Below, in pieces: positions 1 to 15,064 of a DNA stretch of 64,000 nt. The notes below the pieces were generated by a model that was not told where the DNA came from, searched no databases, and saw nothing but the letters and a program-made list of their open reading frames with translations. This stretch comes from Perkinsus chesapeaki ATCC PRA-425 (Eukaryota; Protista; Perkinsozoa), in assembly GCA_013115145.1 (NCBI GenBank), contig JAAPAO010000033.1, positions 58,483 through 122,482 on the forward strand. Reading direction: 5' to 3'. Made by a program: the position numbers and the translations under genes. Each line of letters starts with the position of its first letter. The first letter of the stretch is position 1.

Positions 1-1056
1 AGTAGGAATGATGATTTAAAAAGCCTTGGTAATGCTCTATATGATGCAGCAATAGCTGCATCTAATACTGATCCTTATGAGTAAGAGCACCGTCCTCTAT
101 ATTAATATTAAGGATTTATATAGGGATACCCTTCTAGCCTACTCGGAGAGTATGTCATGGCCTGTGATACCTATAGGGGCACGTAGGCCACTGTGTTTGA
201 GAGTAATACCTACCTACATACTATATCATCTACTACTATGTGGTTTAGATATGGAAAAGGGACCTTCATCCACAAGGGTTCCTTATCAGAGGGGAGTTCT
301 ATGTAGAGGCTACTCCAAGGGCATTTTGCGAGTTTAGTAGGTATACCACTTTAATATCAATTCAGTGTCGTAATAGGTGCTAATAATCTACCATCAAGTA
401 TAGTTGAGGATATAGGTGATGGTATTGATATAGTATATACTGAATCTACACCAATAACAGCAGCAGCAGCAGCAGCAGGAGGAGGAGGCATAGATGCAGA
501 AGATGTAATAGGGTGGTGGTGATGGTGGTGGTTGTAGGGGGTAGGATGTTAGTGTATTAGATATTACCAAGGAATGGTGTATTATTAAGAGTAGTGCGAT
601 CTGGTCATTCTGATACCCATATAACAGCTGCATGTAGTATAGATCATCCATTATATGTTACTAATCAACCAGAAGGGATGGTAATAATACTAGTACTACT
701 TTAATCCAGCCTTAGGCTGATGATGATATACACTACTATATCAGATACGAAGTGATATAAGTATGTCATGGTTTATAGCACATCCAATATATAATGGTAA
801 TACTTATTATTAATATATAATAATATTAATGTTAGGGGATATTATAATGGGTTCAAGAGTAGAGTTCCTTGTCCAATGTGAGGATGGTCCTAGACTATTA
901 CCACTAAGTAGTATATATTATATTAATATCATATCATATATCCAATTATAAGGTGCATTAAGGCATGCTATAACACATATTATACCATCAACAATACTTG
1001 AATTAGTTGAAGGCCTTTATTCAGCTGCAGCAACAACAAGAACAACAACGTCATAA
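1..1056 (+). CDS. 3' part of a multi-exon hypothetical protein (starts before the window)
   Basis: Short open exons separated by gt...ag introns (e.g. SRNDDLKSLGNALYDAAIAASNTDPYE; LPRNGVLLRVVRSGHSDTHITAACSIDHPLYVTNQPEG; ALRHAITHIIPSTILELVEGLYSAAATTRTTTS-TAA at 1054-1056). No family recognised. Confidence 0.45.
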
Positions 1057-1229
1057 TCGATCATACCTCCTCATGCTCCTCCTCATTCTCCTCTTGCTTA
1101 ACCCATTTGGGTATTATCATGTTAACCATGCTTATGTTGGTCATCTTTGACCGGAAAGGGTTATATGTTTGTTTCGTTCAAGTATACATATGTTTCATAC
1201 CGCTCCTTTGCTAACAGTTGCATCTTTAT

Positions 1230-4115
1230 ATGGGCACATCACGGGATAGGAGGAGCCTTACTCCTACCGATGATGATGAAGATACTCGGGGATCTAGAGG
1301 ACGCGATCGGAAAAGTGATGATGATAAAGTAGAGGAAGATGAAAGGTGGCACAGATCAAAGGATGAGGGTAGTCCTACTAAGAAGGAAGAGAAGGGTGAT
1401 GGTGATAGGAAGAGGGACCGTGATGATGGTGATAGAAAGAGGGACCGTGGTGATGGTGATAGAAAGAGGGACCGTGATGATGGTGATAGAAAGAGGGACC
1501 GTGGTGATGGTGATAGGAAGAGGGACCGTGATGATGGTGATAGGAAGAGGGACCGTGATGATGGTGATAGGAAGAGGGACCGTGATGATGGTGATAGAAA
1601 GAGGGACCGTGATAATGTTGATGATAGGAGTGAACGCCGCCATAGCTGTAGACGTAGAGGGGATGATGATAGAAGGGATGATAGACGTAGAGGAGAAGAT
1701 AGGAGGAGAAGTAGTAGAAGTAGAGGTAACACTATAGAGAGAATAGATGTAATGTATCATATAATCAGATCGCCGTGGTGGGGGACATCATCGTGGTGCT
1801 CGTGGGCATCATCATCATGATGATGATAGAGATAGGTCTAGGCGCAGGAGTCCTAGTCGTAGACGTAGATCTAGAGAACGGAGGCCGACCAATCGAAGGA
1901 GTAGGTGGAGCCGATCTCCAGAGAGACGTAAACCTTTTAAGTAATAACAGTAGTATAAGGCATAATACATGTTTATTATTATTATGTGCTATCAGATTTG
2001 ATTCACCACCAAAGGAGTTAGCAGCTACCTTAATGGGGAACGGTGGCAGTGGGGGTTTGGTAATAGGGAACTTGATAGATTATAGATGATAGGGTTGTTA
2101 TTATTATAGTTACCACAAACAGTAGTGTCATCATCATCCACTATAAAGGAGGCATTCAATGCTACCTTAGCAGCTGAAAGGCAAAAGATAGCTCGGGAGC
2201 TATATATAGGGCAGATACCGCCTGGGGTAATAGAAGGAAGCACTTGGAACCAGTATGTAATAGTAATAGTATACTTATTATTAGATATCAGCTGGAGTAT
2301 TGATAGATGTACTTAATGATGGTTTAATGAATATGGGGGCTAATGCAATGCCAGGCAGGCCTATTGTTCATGGATGGCTAGGTAATATATAATAAGTAGT
2401 ATTATTAAAGAGTAATACATCAGGTGGAGATGGCTTATTTGCTTTCGTTGAGTTTCGTACAGCAGAGGAGGCCAGTATAGCCCTTGATCGTCTCAATGGG
2501 CATCAATTGAAATCCTATGGTAATAATAATAATATATTATAAATGACTCATACGTGGGTACGTCAGGAGTAACTATAAAGGTGGGGCGACCTAAAGGGTA
2601 TATGGGGCCAGCACCTGAGGATTCAGCTAATGCATATAATGCTGGTAATAATAAAGGACCATCAGCAGCAGAAGGTAGTACTTGTTTATATTAAGTATTC
2701 AGTAGTAGTAATTATTGTTATTTTATTAGTATCATCTGATACTAATAGATTATGCCTCATTGGTTTCCCGTTGGATTCTAGTGAGCATTCTATTAAGAAG
2801 GCCTTACGTACTGCTGCTAAGGGGGATATAAGGCATCTAGAGCTACTTAAACATATATGGAATAATAAGCTTATTGTAATATATTACATAATACTGCTTC
2901 TACTCACTCATCATCATTCATTAGGTACTGGCAGTTTTCGAATGTGAAGATCCAGAAAGTGAGTTACGATTGAAGAGGAAGGGTGAGGTTGAAATACATG
3001 GTAAAAGGGCTAAGATAATCAATCCAAGAGATGCCATTGTTAAGGGGTAATAAGAGTAATGGTGATAAATATACTATAGGGGTATACTAATAGGTATATG
3101 AATCTAGACGGTGAGATAATAAAAAAGGGTATGGGATTGGCTATAGTACCATCGAGGATACTTGTAATGACTAACTTTGCTGGTAGTGTTGAAGAGTTAT
3201 TAGATGATGTTAATTATAATGATTTATTAGAGGTAATAATAAGAGTAACCTATATTAGGCATTACCCTTTATAGGATATCAAATTGGAATGTAAATCGAT
3301 AACTGGTGGAGTTGATGTTCGCAGTATACTAATACCGCGCCCAGAGACAAGTACAGCAGGAGGAGGAGGAGGAGGAGGGGTTAATACGCCTAATGGGGTT
3401 AATGGTAGTAGTAGTACTATCCATCATGATTCTGCTACAATGGATGATAATATGGTAAATATAGGTTATAATAGCAACTAGTCCTATTGTGATGGTGCTT
3501 AGGATGACCACAACAACACCCCATCATCGGCAGCAGCAGCAGCAGTGCCAGCCGTGGATATGCAAGTCCCCGGTCTAGGATGTTGTTTTATGGAGTTCCG
3601 TAATGTTGAGGAAGCTGCTCAGGTTAAAAGGATAATAGATGGACGTAATGTGGTTTGGTGTTGGTGTTGGGGTTGTTATTATCCTTCCGTAATAAGAGGT
3701 ATATTATTAGGTATATTCGGAGGTCATGAGGTATTTGTTACTTACTTCTCTGAGACACGTTTTAAGAGGGGTGACTTTGCCAATCCAATGCCTAATACTG
3801 ATGAGCCAGGTACTAGTTAAGGGACTAGTTAATTATATAATAATGTATTTTGCTCAGAGGTTGGATTGAAGGATATTGGTCCGAATCCACCACCAATAGA
3901 TGATGGCATGGATGATGAAGAAGATGATGATGATGATATGGATGTAGAAGGGAGTGATAATGGTATGGATATATTGGATACCAATGATACCAAGGTAACA
4001 ATAACATATAGAAAGGTAAAGAAGTTAATACTGGTATTGATAGGTGCGTAAGAAGGCACCACCACAAGCACCAGCCGTCCCATTAGCTGCAGAGGACCTT
4101 GAGATAATAGATTAG
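1230..4115 (+). CDS. U2AF2: U2 snRNP auxiliary factor large subunit (U2AF65), multi-exon
   Basis: RD/RS-rich N-terminus and ULM-like RRSRW. RRM1: ARELYIGQIPPGV...GLFAFVEFRTAEEASIALDRLNG...KVGRPKGY. Second RRM-like unit, then UHM/RRM3: PSRILVMTNF...DIKLECK...CFMEFRNVEEA...FGGHEVFVTYFSE. Acidic tail, TAG at 4113-4115. Confidence 0.9.
1398..1613 (+). repeat. Coding tandem repeat, 8 x 27 bp (DGDRKRDR[D/G]) in the U2AF65 RS-like domain
   Basis: Unit gatggtgatag(g/a)aagagggaccgtg(a/g)t occurs 8 times head to tail with no spacers. Confidence 0.95.
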
Positions 4116-4258
4116 GAATGATAATAAGGAAGCAGCCATTACGTTTATTGTAGTATTACTCAACCATCACGACCCTTTTCACTAATAGAAGTGTCGGTGT
4201 TTTATTATTATTAGTGCTGTTATTATTCGATAACGCTTAGGTTTGATTATTTATCATA

Positions 4259-6179
4259 ATGAGTTCTTCTCCCTCTCCAACTGAACAACAACCACTACTC
4301 TCTGGAGAGAATAACAACAATGCCAATAATAATAATCTAGAGTCGGCATTCGAGGGCCAAGAGGAGGATGCTGAGATGAAGTCGTTATTAGAGGACTTGA
4401 ATAATATGAGTAGACGACCCCTTAACTAGTACTAGAGCATAGTAGTATTGGTGCATGGTTAGGTACTGAGGGTATACAGCAGAGGACAAGGCTTATTCAA
4501 AATGATATTAGAGTCTATAAGTCAGAGGTACAACGTTTAACACATGAGTTAAACTCTATTAAAGAGAAGATGAAGGATAATCAAGTAAGGGGATAGTTGG
4601 TAATAGTAGTAGGGTTGTTGTATTTAAGGAGAAGATAAACCTAAATCGTCAGCTACCCCATTTAGTTGGAAGTGTTGCTGAGATATTACCAGCTGATGAA
4701 GATGAGGCTGATCTACCTGAAGCAGGTAAGAAAGGACGAGAACGGAGAGGGAGGAGGAGGATAATAGTGATATCATTGTAGGATCTGCTATAAGTACTCT
4801 ACAACGGAAGTCAAAGAAGGAAAAGAAGTCTATGGTAGTTAAGACTACTACAAGGCAGACAATCTATCTACCTGTTATTGGATTGGTATTAATAATAATA
4901 ATACGTTATAATATGAGTTATATTATTAGGTGCCTGTAGAGGAGTTAAAGCCTAATGATCTAGTAGGGCTTAATAAAGATTCATATCTAGTATTGGATAA
5001 ACTACCTCAAGATTTTGATTCTAGAGTTAAGGCTATGGAAGTGGATGAGCGTCCTACTGATCAGTAACACAACAGTACTGAGCATTGATGATAATATTAC
5101 GATTAGGTATTCTGATATTGGTGGTTGTGATAAACAGATTCAAGAGATGATAGAGGCTATAGTATTACCAATGACACATAAGGAGAGGTTTGATAAGATT
5201 GGTATATCCCCACCTAAAGGACTACTACTTTATGGACCACCAGGAACAGGTAGAGGATAGTAGTAGTGATATCGCATATACTGTATAACAGGTAAAACGA
5301 TGATGGCACGTGCCTGTGCAGCTGCAACTAATGCTACATTTCTTAAACTTGCTGGACCACAACTTGTACAAATGTTCATTGGTGATGGTGCTAAAATGGT
5401 AAAGGACAAGCATGGTATGTACCTCCTTAATGCATGCTCCTATATTTAGGTTCGTGATGCATTTAATCTGGCTAAAGAGAAGGCCCCAGCTATCATATTC
5501 ATTGATGAGATAGATGCTATTGGTAAGGGATGACTTATTCACATGCATAACAAAAACATGCTTGGTTATAGGTATGAAGAGATCTGCTGGAGGTGAACTA
5601 TCTGGTGTTAGAGAAGTACAAAGAACTATGTTGGAGTTATTAAATCAATTGGATGGTTTCAGTAGCGATGATCGTGTTAAGGTAAGCTCCTTATCTCCTT
5701 ACTTGTATAACCCTATTATAGGTTATTGCTGCAACTAATAGAGCTGATATGCTAGACCCTGCTTTATTAAGAAGTGGTAGATTAGATAGGAAGGTTGAAT
5801 TACCATTACCTAATGAGGATGCTAGAAAGAGGTGAGAGTAAAGTATGGTTTATAATAATAATGATGATGTTGATTAAGTTATTACTCTTATTAGGATATT
5901 ACAAATACATTCACGAAAGATGAATGTTAATAAGGATGATGTTAACTTTGATGAGCTAGCACGATGTACAGATGATTTCAATGGTGCACAACTAAAGGCT
6001 GTTTGTGTCGAAGCTGGTAAGCTTAAGACTATTATTATAATAACCATTATTATTATCATTTATTAATAGGTATGGAAGCATTACGTCGTGGTGCAACAGA
6101 GCTACAACATGAGGACTTCATGCAGGGTATAGCAGCAGTACAGGCTAAGAAGAAGACAAGTCTGAACTATTATGCTTAA
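4259..6179 (+). CDS. PSMC3: 26S proteasome AAA-ATPase subunit RPT5 (6A / TBP-1)
   Basis: [28 protein letters not shown], Walker A GPPGTGKT (across an intron), [19 protein letters not shown], Walker [23 protein letters not shown], and the RPT5-type C-terminus [10 protein letters not shown]. Confidence 0.95.
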
Positions 6180-6391
6180 ACACAACAAGAGGAGATGGGT
6201 TATGGTGATGCTGCTGCTGCTGTATCTCTACTACTACTGGTAGTAGTATCGTTAGCCGCCTGTGAGTTTCCAAACATCTGTGGTGTTAAATGTTGTATAT
6301 AGTAGCAGTAACAGCGGATGGGTGATAGTTTTATTATGTCCTCCTCCTGTTGATTGCATCATCCTAACCATCAACGACTCTTATCAATATT

Positions 6392-9300
6392 ATGGAACAT
6401 GCCGCCGCCATCATCAATAACAACAACAGCAGCAGCAGCAGCACAAGCGGTCATATCTCAGGCTGCTCAGATGCTCTCTCAAGTAGACATACTACCACTA
6501 GTAGCAGGAACTGCCGTGCATCATCATCATCCCTTCTTTTATCATTGAATGATGAGCTATTGGTATCAATATTCCTATGGTTATTGGATCCAGAGGAGCT
6601 TATCTACAGGCATCTAGTACTTAGTACTACAACAACAACAATTGATAGTAATAGTACTACTGCTACGGCCAGTTCTATAGTATATGACAATAATAATAAC
6701 TATACAGAGAAGCAAATAGAGTATAAATATAATAGTGAAGTGATTGGGGATGATAGTCCAGCTGCTGCTGCTGCTGGAAGGGTGCCAGCTGCTGAGGGCA
6801 ATAGTGGTAGGGTTATTATGGATGGTGGTGATCCTTCTAGTACATCATCATCATCATGTAAAGGGGTAATATTAACTGGTAGAGAGGTATTAAGGTCATT
6901 GTGTATGAGGATAAGAAGGGTAATAGTGATAATATAGAGATGGGAGCTATAGTGTCATTACTCAGATTATTGATTCATTATGTAATGTATTAAGTATAAG
7001 ATTGAGAGATATAATGTACGATAATAATACAACAACAATAACAGCACATTACCAATCATTACCTTCTATTCCATGTTTGTAAGGTGTGGGGATAATATCC
7101 TTATAACCCCTCTGTAATAGTGTGGTCTATCTCTTTTAGGAGTTATATATTTGACTTCACTGGTATCCATTCAACATCTATAAGAGAGCCCCTCAATGCT
7201 ATAGTTAATTTTATTAATAGTACTAGTAATAGTGGTGAACACTCCTCCTCTGGCCGCCGCACTAGAGCATTACTAATGCCTCCAGCAAGGGTACATCTCC
7301 TTAATATCAATCCATGGATGTTTGAACCGGTCAGTGTTACCTTCCTATTGCTGTTGTACGTATAATATTATGTTTCAGAGTAATCGCTGCATTAGAGATG
7401 TTTTTGGTGTAATAAGAGATATAGAGGAAAATAATAAGAACTGCAGGGCACTAGGTCATCATCAACAACAACCATCAGCCACAACAACTATTGAGCTTGA
7501 CACTACTTTCAGGAGAAGGATGTAGTATTATTATATAAAATATAAATGACAACTCTCTTCAGTGAGGTGGTACGAATGACCCTTTCTGGATTTATGGTAC
7601 ATCAACAAGAGCTACCTCCTTTAAAAGTAATGAAGTATCGGCTATTACAAGCCTTTAGATATGTTACTATTAGGTTACTCTAAGTAATATACGTTTACTA
7701 TCTCTAACATATTGCACCTTCCCTTTTACATCTAATGCACTACCAGATGGTATACGACAGGTACCTATTACATTACTATGATTTGAAGGAAGTGTGGTAT
7801 TATTGTTATTAGGTGCCTTGGATGCCATCGATGCCTGTATTGGATAGGCTAGAATTACGTCACATGATGGCTATGAATACTACCCTTACTACTGTGTCTG
7901 GTGTTGTAACTTCTTATCGTCATCATCACTTGGCATCACATATTGATTGGGATATAAATATAATAGTCGATGCATTATTAGAAGGTATATTACATCGAAT
8001 ACCAAGTCTAACTACATTACTAATAGACTCATCATCATCAATAACTAACCCAGATATACCAACTAATGCTCCTAATTTAAAATATCTAACATTATCCCAT
8101 TGTCCCAGAATAATGGCAATATGTGTTGAGAAGGTGCTTAGAGATTGTAAAGGCCTTATAATGTTGGATACAAGAACATTAACACAGTTGGCTAATGAGA
8201 TACATACCGACTGTATGGGTAATATACAAACACTTTGGTTACCTCCGGGAGTTAAGGAGGAATATCTTGCTGGTATACTATCACATGGTCATACAAAGTG
8301 TCTTAAATATCTTGGTATATCAGAAATAGAGGATATTAACCTGAGTGGTGCTAGTCCTACATTAGAGACATTATCTATTAATAGATCTGAGAGGATGCCT
8401 TTGCCTAATATATCATCATTTACCATTACACCACAACAACATCTTGAACGTTTATCTATCACTTTCTGTAGATTTGATACGGCTAGGTTTAGAATTAATG
8501 GTACATTCACTAAGCTCAAGATACTATCATTACAGAATGTGGTATATAGCCATGCACAATTATCATTATTATTATCATCAACACCCTTCCTTACGGCCTT
8601 GGATATTGCACTGTGTGATCAGACTACTGTATTACCAAATAATCAACAACAACAACAACGTCAAAGAGACCCTAACTCTGCTGCACGGGATGATTTAGAG
8701 CCACTCAGGGTGCCTGGTACTAGTAACCCAGCTATACCGGTTAAATTCCCACGTTTAAAGTATCTATGTCTAACTGGAAGTAAAAAGGTTCATTATAGTG
8801 CTATTGTACCTAGTATTATATCCAATGCTAATGTATTAGAACATCTTAAACTACTTAAGATTAGACCAGTTTACAGTATAAGATCGCCAAGCTCAGATCT
8901 ACATACTGTTATGATATCTTTATTACCTCCTTTACCATCAACACGTGTTAGGTTGGTTAGAGATATATTATCTGAACCAACAGCAGCAGGGGAGAGATTA
9001 TTATTGGAGTACTCTAAAAGATCTGAAGTAGATATATTTGTGGCCGCGTTAACAAATCAATGTTGGAGTATGAAATCATTGGTATTGTCCGGCTCTGGTA
9101 GTAGCTATTATGATACATCTATATCTAATGGTGTTGGTAATACAACAAGACTATTACAAGAATATGAGTTATTCAATGGCACCAACGGCAGTAGCAGTGA
9201 TATATCATATCTACCCTCAGCGGCGGTGGCAGGTGGGGGAGACATGCGCATGAGAAGTGTTAGAGATAGTGTTAACAATCATTATAATGCATTGGCAGCA

Positions 9301-9819
9301 TATAACAAGCACCATTATAGATCTCAAATAAGCAAGGTGGATGGAGCATGGTCAGCAACTGATGGGCGACATCATACTTCACAACAGCAGTCTGTAGATG
9401 ACATACACGAGACTTATGATACGGCAATGGATGGTGATGGTAGTAGTAGGTCAGATGGTGATGATGGTATTGGTGAGGATGAGATATCTGCAGAGGATAG
9501 TATAATGTTAGATGTTATGATAGAGCTTACAATAGCAATAGCATTGGGGCTTATAGCTAGGATAGTAGCAGTTAATGAGATAATACATTCATCATATAAC
9601 AATAATACAACAACAACAAAGCAACAACAGGAAGAGGAGGGGGATTTAAGGAGGAGGGTTAGGATATCACGGCGGCGGGGGCCGCCTGGTGTACCTGATG
9701 CTACATTGGACGGTCATCCATTAGAAGATGATGATGATGAGGGCGGTGCTGCTGCTGCTATTAGTGATGACGATGATGATGATACCCCAATGCTAGTGTT
9801 ACCAGTAGGCGCAGTATAG
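6392..9819 (+). CDS. F-box / leucine-rich-repeat-like protein
   Basis: F-box-like LSLNDELLVSIFLWL near the N-terminus. The 668-aa terminal exon carries LRR-like units (NLKYLTLSHCPRI, LERLSITFC, LKILSLQNV, LKYLCLTG). Confidence 0.6.
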
Positions 9820-9889
9820 TATTTTATAATTACTAAGTGTATGTTAGTCCCCAACAGCTGTAACACCACCATCACCAGTTGGTGATATA

Positions 9890-12351
9890 ATGGATGATGA
9901 TGATATTATTGCTGCACCACCTCCACCGTCAATATCAGTAGCACCACATCCGCCACCATTACGTAGTATACAACAACTAATAATAATGCACCGGATGCCT
10001 ATGTCTGGATTGGAGTTAGATGCTCCTCCTGGTAAGGTTGTTATTATTATAGTGTTTTTATTGGTAGTGACAGTGATAGGTTCAATAGAATGGGATGCAT
10101 ATTATAGGGAGACTATGGCAATATTAATGTCGGCACCAGTAAGGTCTACATTCAATATATTAACTTCAACATCAACAAGCAATGTGAACCAAGGTAAGCA
10201 TCATGCTCATGTTGATGTAGAATAATATTGTAATGTGCTATTCTTATATTATTAGATAATAGAGTTAGTAGTGGGTCATTGGAGGCTAAGCATAAAGCTG
10301 TATACGAGTATGGTAAGGCATATGAGAGCATGTTAGGAAGGTATAATGCAATGAAGACAGCACAGGTAGTAGTCGTAGTTATTACAATGGTACACTATAC
10401 TACTACTCCCGTACACTTATATAGGCTACTGTAATGACACAGTTACCAGATAGACAACAGGAACAGATGTTATGGAAGGGTTTATTAATACAAGCAACTG
10501 GTGTATACCCTACTGAAGGGGCATATTCATCTAAGATAATATCACATAGGAAGGCATTATTACGGTAATAATAATAATAATACATATATTATTAATATAT
10601 ATTATATAAGGTATAAAGATTCACCTAGAGACCTTCGTGAATATCTTAGTAGTCGTAGAGCAGTTAATATAGAGTTAACTGGATTACTCTATAGGAGGCT
10701 TGCTCAAATACCCAATACAGGTAGTAGCGACATCACTAGTCGTAGTTATAGTTACTAATGCAGCAGCAGTAGCTCAGATCGATGGGGTGCTAGATGTAGA
10801 CCTACAGAGGATCGTGAAAATGATATTATAACTGGTTGTTTACGAAATGCTTTAACTCCAGCTGGTGTTATTGGAGGTGGTATAGCAATATTACCATTAA
10901 GGGAGGGATCTAGGTGATAAGGAAGGTTAAGGGTAGTAGTAATTATTATTATAATAATAATAGTTACCTCCCCAAACTATTCGATAATATACCAGTCCAT
11001 TTAATGGCACCATTATTAGTTGATAGGCTTACATCGTCGTCATCATCATCACTACCATCATCATCAATGTAAGTAATATGATGACCTTTACTATTGTGAG
11101 TTCTCCTCCCTTACTTAGGGCAACTACTACTATAGATGATGTAGGGTTAATAGCACAATATAGTGAGGTTATGGAAATGTGTATATCAATGCATATACAA
11201 TTTGATACAATAGAATTAAAACAGCCTGGATATCATATAGTACAGACAGCTATAGCAGAGGCTAATGCTAAGGATAGGTCTACAAGAGGTCCATTACCAG
11301 CATTACCTGTAGAGGTATACTATAGGATAATGATACAATGAATAGTAGTAGTAATATTGTTATACATCAGATACAAGATAATCTATCATTAATAAGAGTA
11401 GCTGTTGCAATGGTAACTACAGGAAGAGCTGAGTTAGAGGCTAGAAGTAGACCTATTGAAGAGGCAACAGCACAGAGAAGGAAGACAGCAATACATCGTT
11501 TATTAATGAGTTTGGTGTATGGGAGACTGATCAACCCTGTTGTGCTACCTGTGGATAGATTAGAGACTTTATCATTGGATACCCTAGTTGAACTATTACG
11601 GGTATCAGTGAATGCAATGGCTGTATCATTATATAAGTTACGTAGTGGTAAGGTGTATGGTAATATAATAGAAAGAGTATCTCATACATCTATCACTAAT
11701 CCTCCATGGTGCAGTAGATCATTGGAGGCTATGAAACTCAAATATCCAGCATTGACTAATCTATCAAGAGGAGATGATGATGATAGTGACAATGAAGATA
11801 ATGGATATGAACCATGGGTCAAACTGGAGGCATTCAAACATATCAGATCCAAATTCCCTAACCTTGTAGTATTACAAGTTGAACTGCCTGAACCTACTCT
11901 TTCTCAATTACATCATATAATTGAAGGTGGCATGAATCCTCCTGTGAGGAGCAGTGGTAGCTTAAAAAGGATAAATGTTCCTCCACGGTTTAGTCTGTGC
12001 CATACTACTCTACTACCACGTGTTCATACCCTGCCATATCGATGTAATGATGATGCTGGGGAGGATGACCCTCCAGCAGCTAAGAGGAGTAGGCTAACCT
12101 ATGTTAACAGTAGCTCTGATGGTACAACAGTTAATCCTGGACTTCGACGGGTGGCAAGTAACACCAGTGTAGCTACTACTACAAGATTATCACAGACTGG
12201 CGACGGCGGTGATACTATTGATAATCCAATACTACACTTCAACTCGGTGGATACTGAATGGTATAGAACAACACAGTGTACTTCAGTTAAAGAAGATATG
12301 ATGAAGTTGGAATGGCGACAATGTAGTGATAGAGATCTTGCCATCAACTAA
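9890..12351 (+). CDS. Multi-exon hypothetical protein
   Basis: Chain of open exons linked by short GT-AG introns, ending in the 337-aa ORF 11338-12351. No family recognised. Confidence 0.55.
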
Positions 12352-12520
12352 AGGCAACTTGTCATCGAAGAAGTGCCTACTACCATTTTACTCACGTATT
12401 ATTATATTTGTATTATGTTATTACTATTACGTGTTTCTTATGAATCTAAGAAGTGTGTAGCCTATGCCTGTTTTGTGTTCCTAGTAGTGGGTAATGATAG
12501 ACCGAATGTGGTAGTGTACA

Positions 12521-13072
<552 letters not shown>

Positions 13073-13407
13073 TTATTGTCACTGAGGTGTTGCTCATATT
13101 CCTAAGTTTCCTCTACAATCTACAAAGTGTTTTGTATAACTGATACTTTAACACAACCGATAATAATATCAATGACTAGTCAAAAATAAAAAGTAGTTGC
13201 ACCGCGTTATATCATAGAGCATATACCAGTTCTGCCTGTTGGATTTTACAAGGCTGGCAGCAGAAGCAGTAGAAAGATCTCAATAGCAAGCGGCTGCCTT
13301 GAGTGATTTGAAGCGGTACAGAAATATTCATTTAGCATTTTGCTGAATGATTAGACGTTAAAAGACCTCAGCAGCAGCAGTATGATAACAACAAGTCGAA
13401 CAAGTGC

Positions 13408-15064
13408 TTATATTATAGTTTTACCGAGAGCACTCTCGACCAATTCCAAACCTAGACGTACCTAAATAAATAATACATCTAATATCATCAATGAATCTAT
13501 TATACTGTTGCTTACTGTTGGAGGACCTCTTATTAACGGATTATCACCATGCAATTGTTCTTCAAACTCGGTATCCATTAATTTACTATTATCGTCTAAA
13601 TATAACATACAGTACAAGCCCAGATATGCTATCAGTATAATTACCTTGGGGTTGGCTTAAAGCAGCTGTTGGCATGGGACTGTACATTTCCTTTGACTTC
13701 TGTAATATTCTCATATCCATAACAGGATTGATTTCTACTAGGTCCATGCTACCTAGCTTACCAGTCATAGCTAATCTTTCACATATATAATGTGATTCCC
13801 TATAATATATTGAACCCTTATACTATACTACTATTATCACCTGTATGTTAGACCTCCTTTAGCCTTTGTACCGGTACCAGGAGCTATAACGGGATCTAAG
13901 ATAACAACGCTTGTTACCGGCGATATTATTAAAGAGGGTGTTCTGATAATGCTTACCAATTCCATCTATATCTAAGGAAAGATGAATTGGCCGATCACCG
14001 TTAGGATTAATATGCTTTAAAGCTTCCTCCATAACTGCTGATATACCAAGACGATCAACATCAGTCATAGTGAAGCACTATAATATACAAAATAAACAAA
14101 TAGCCAATACTGCTGTTCTTGTTGGTATAGCTACCTTGACACGGGACTGTCTAAGCAATCTTCTTTCTTCAGGGTCAATATCACGTAGGCCAATGAATAC
14201 TAAAATAAGGGCAATGACGGTGGCGGCGCGGGTGATATAGGAATATAATGCGATCATACCTATCCTATCCTCCTTTAATGGATTTAATAGATGAGCATCC
14301 ATCCACTCAAATCCTTTAGCCCTTTCTTGGAACCATCCCATAGCATGGGCAGCAGGCATACCTAAAATGAGTAACTATCAATAATAGTAATAATGTACAA
14401 CATTCACCATGATAGTTGCCGGATGGGCTAGTACCAGGATGATTACAATCACCATGGGCATCAACCCAAACTACACATGTATCAGGTCTAGCACGCATTA
14501 TACCTAATATATAATAATATAGACCACATAATAGTCAAGATAGACTTACCGGATATAGTAGGACAAGCTAGACTGTGATCGCCACCAACAGTTAATACAA
14601 ACTTCCCTTCAGTAGCTGCATTATATACAGCATTAAACACCTAATAATACTTGGTACTATAATAATAACACCGGCCACGTACATGTCCACATGCTTGACC
14701 TATCTTTTGACAATTCTTTATCTTATTATCATCATAATATGGTATATTAGCCCTAGACTGTGGTACTTCTGGTGCATTAGGTATAGGTGTATTAGCAAGC
14801 TCATTGAAATTAAGATCTCCTTTATCTTCAAACCGCCAGTCAATAGCTTCAACAACCTAAGATACCATACAATACTAATAGTAGTAGGTATAGTACAGCT
14901 TTAATGCCTCCCTCTCTGAGGGCCTCTGGTGCCTTATCAACACCGGTATCATAGTCTTGTCCATCAGATAATGGTGCACCAATCATAGTAAGTGTTTTAG
15001 GCTCATTTAATGACCATACGGGATTAGTATTACATCCCAACATAGTCGATAAAGATGATCCCAT
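13408..15064 (-). CDS. ARG: Arginase (ureohydrolase family), multi-exon
   Basis: IGAPLSDGQ...[74 protein letters not shown], and LHGDNPLI...[12 protein letters not shown]. Mn-binding His/Asp residues are intact. Confidence 0.93.

Noticed and set aside
1398-1613. Regular repeat array that might be taken for CRISPR
   Set aside because: Units are contiguous with no unique spacers, in frame within a eukaryotic CDS, and there are no cas genes.
1226-1760. Long antisense and alternative-frame ORFs over the repeat (1226-1732, 1339-1737, 1356-1760)
   Set aside because: Stop-free shadows of the low-complexity RD repeat.
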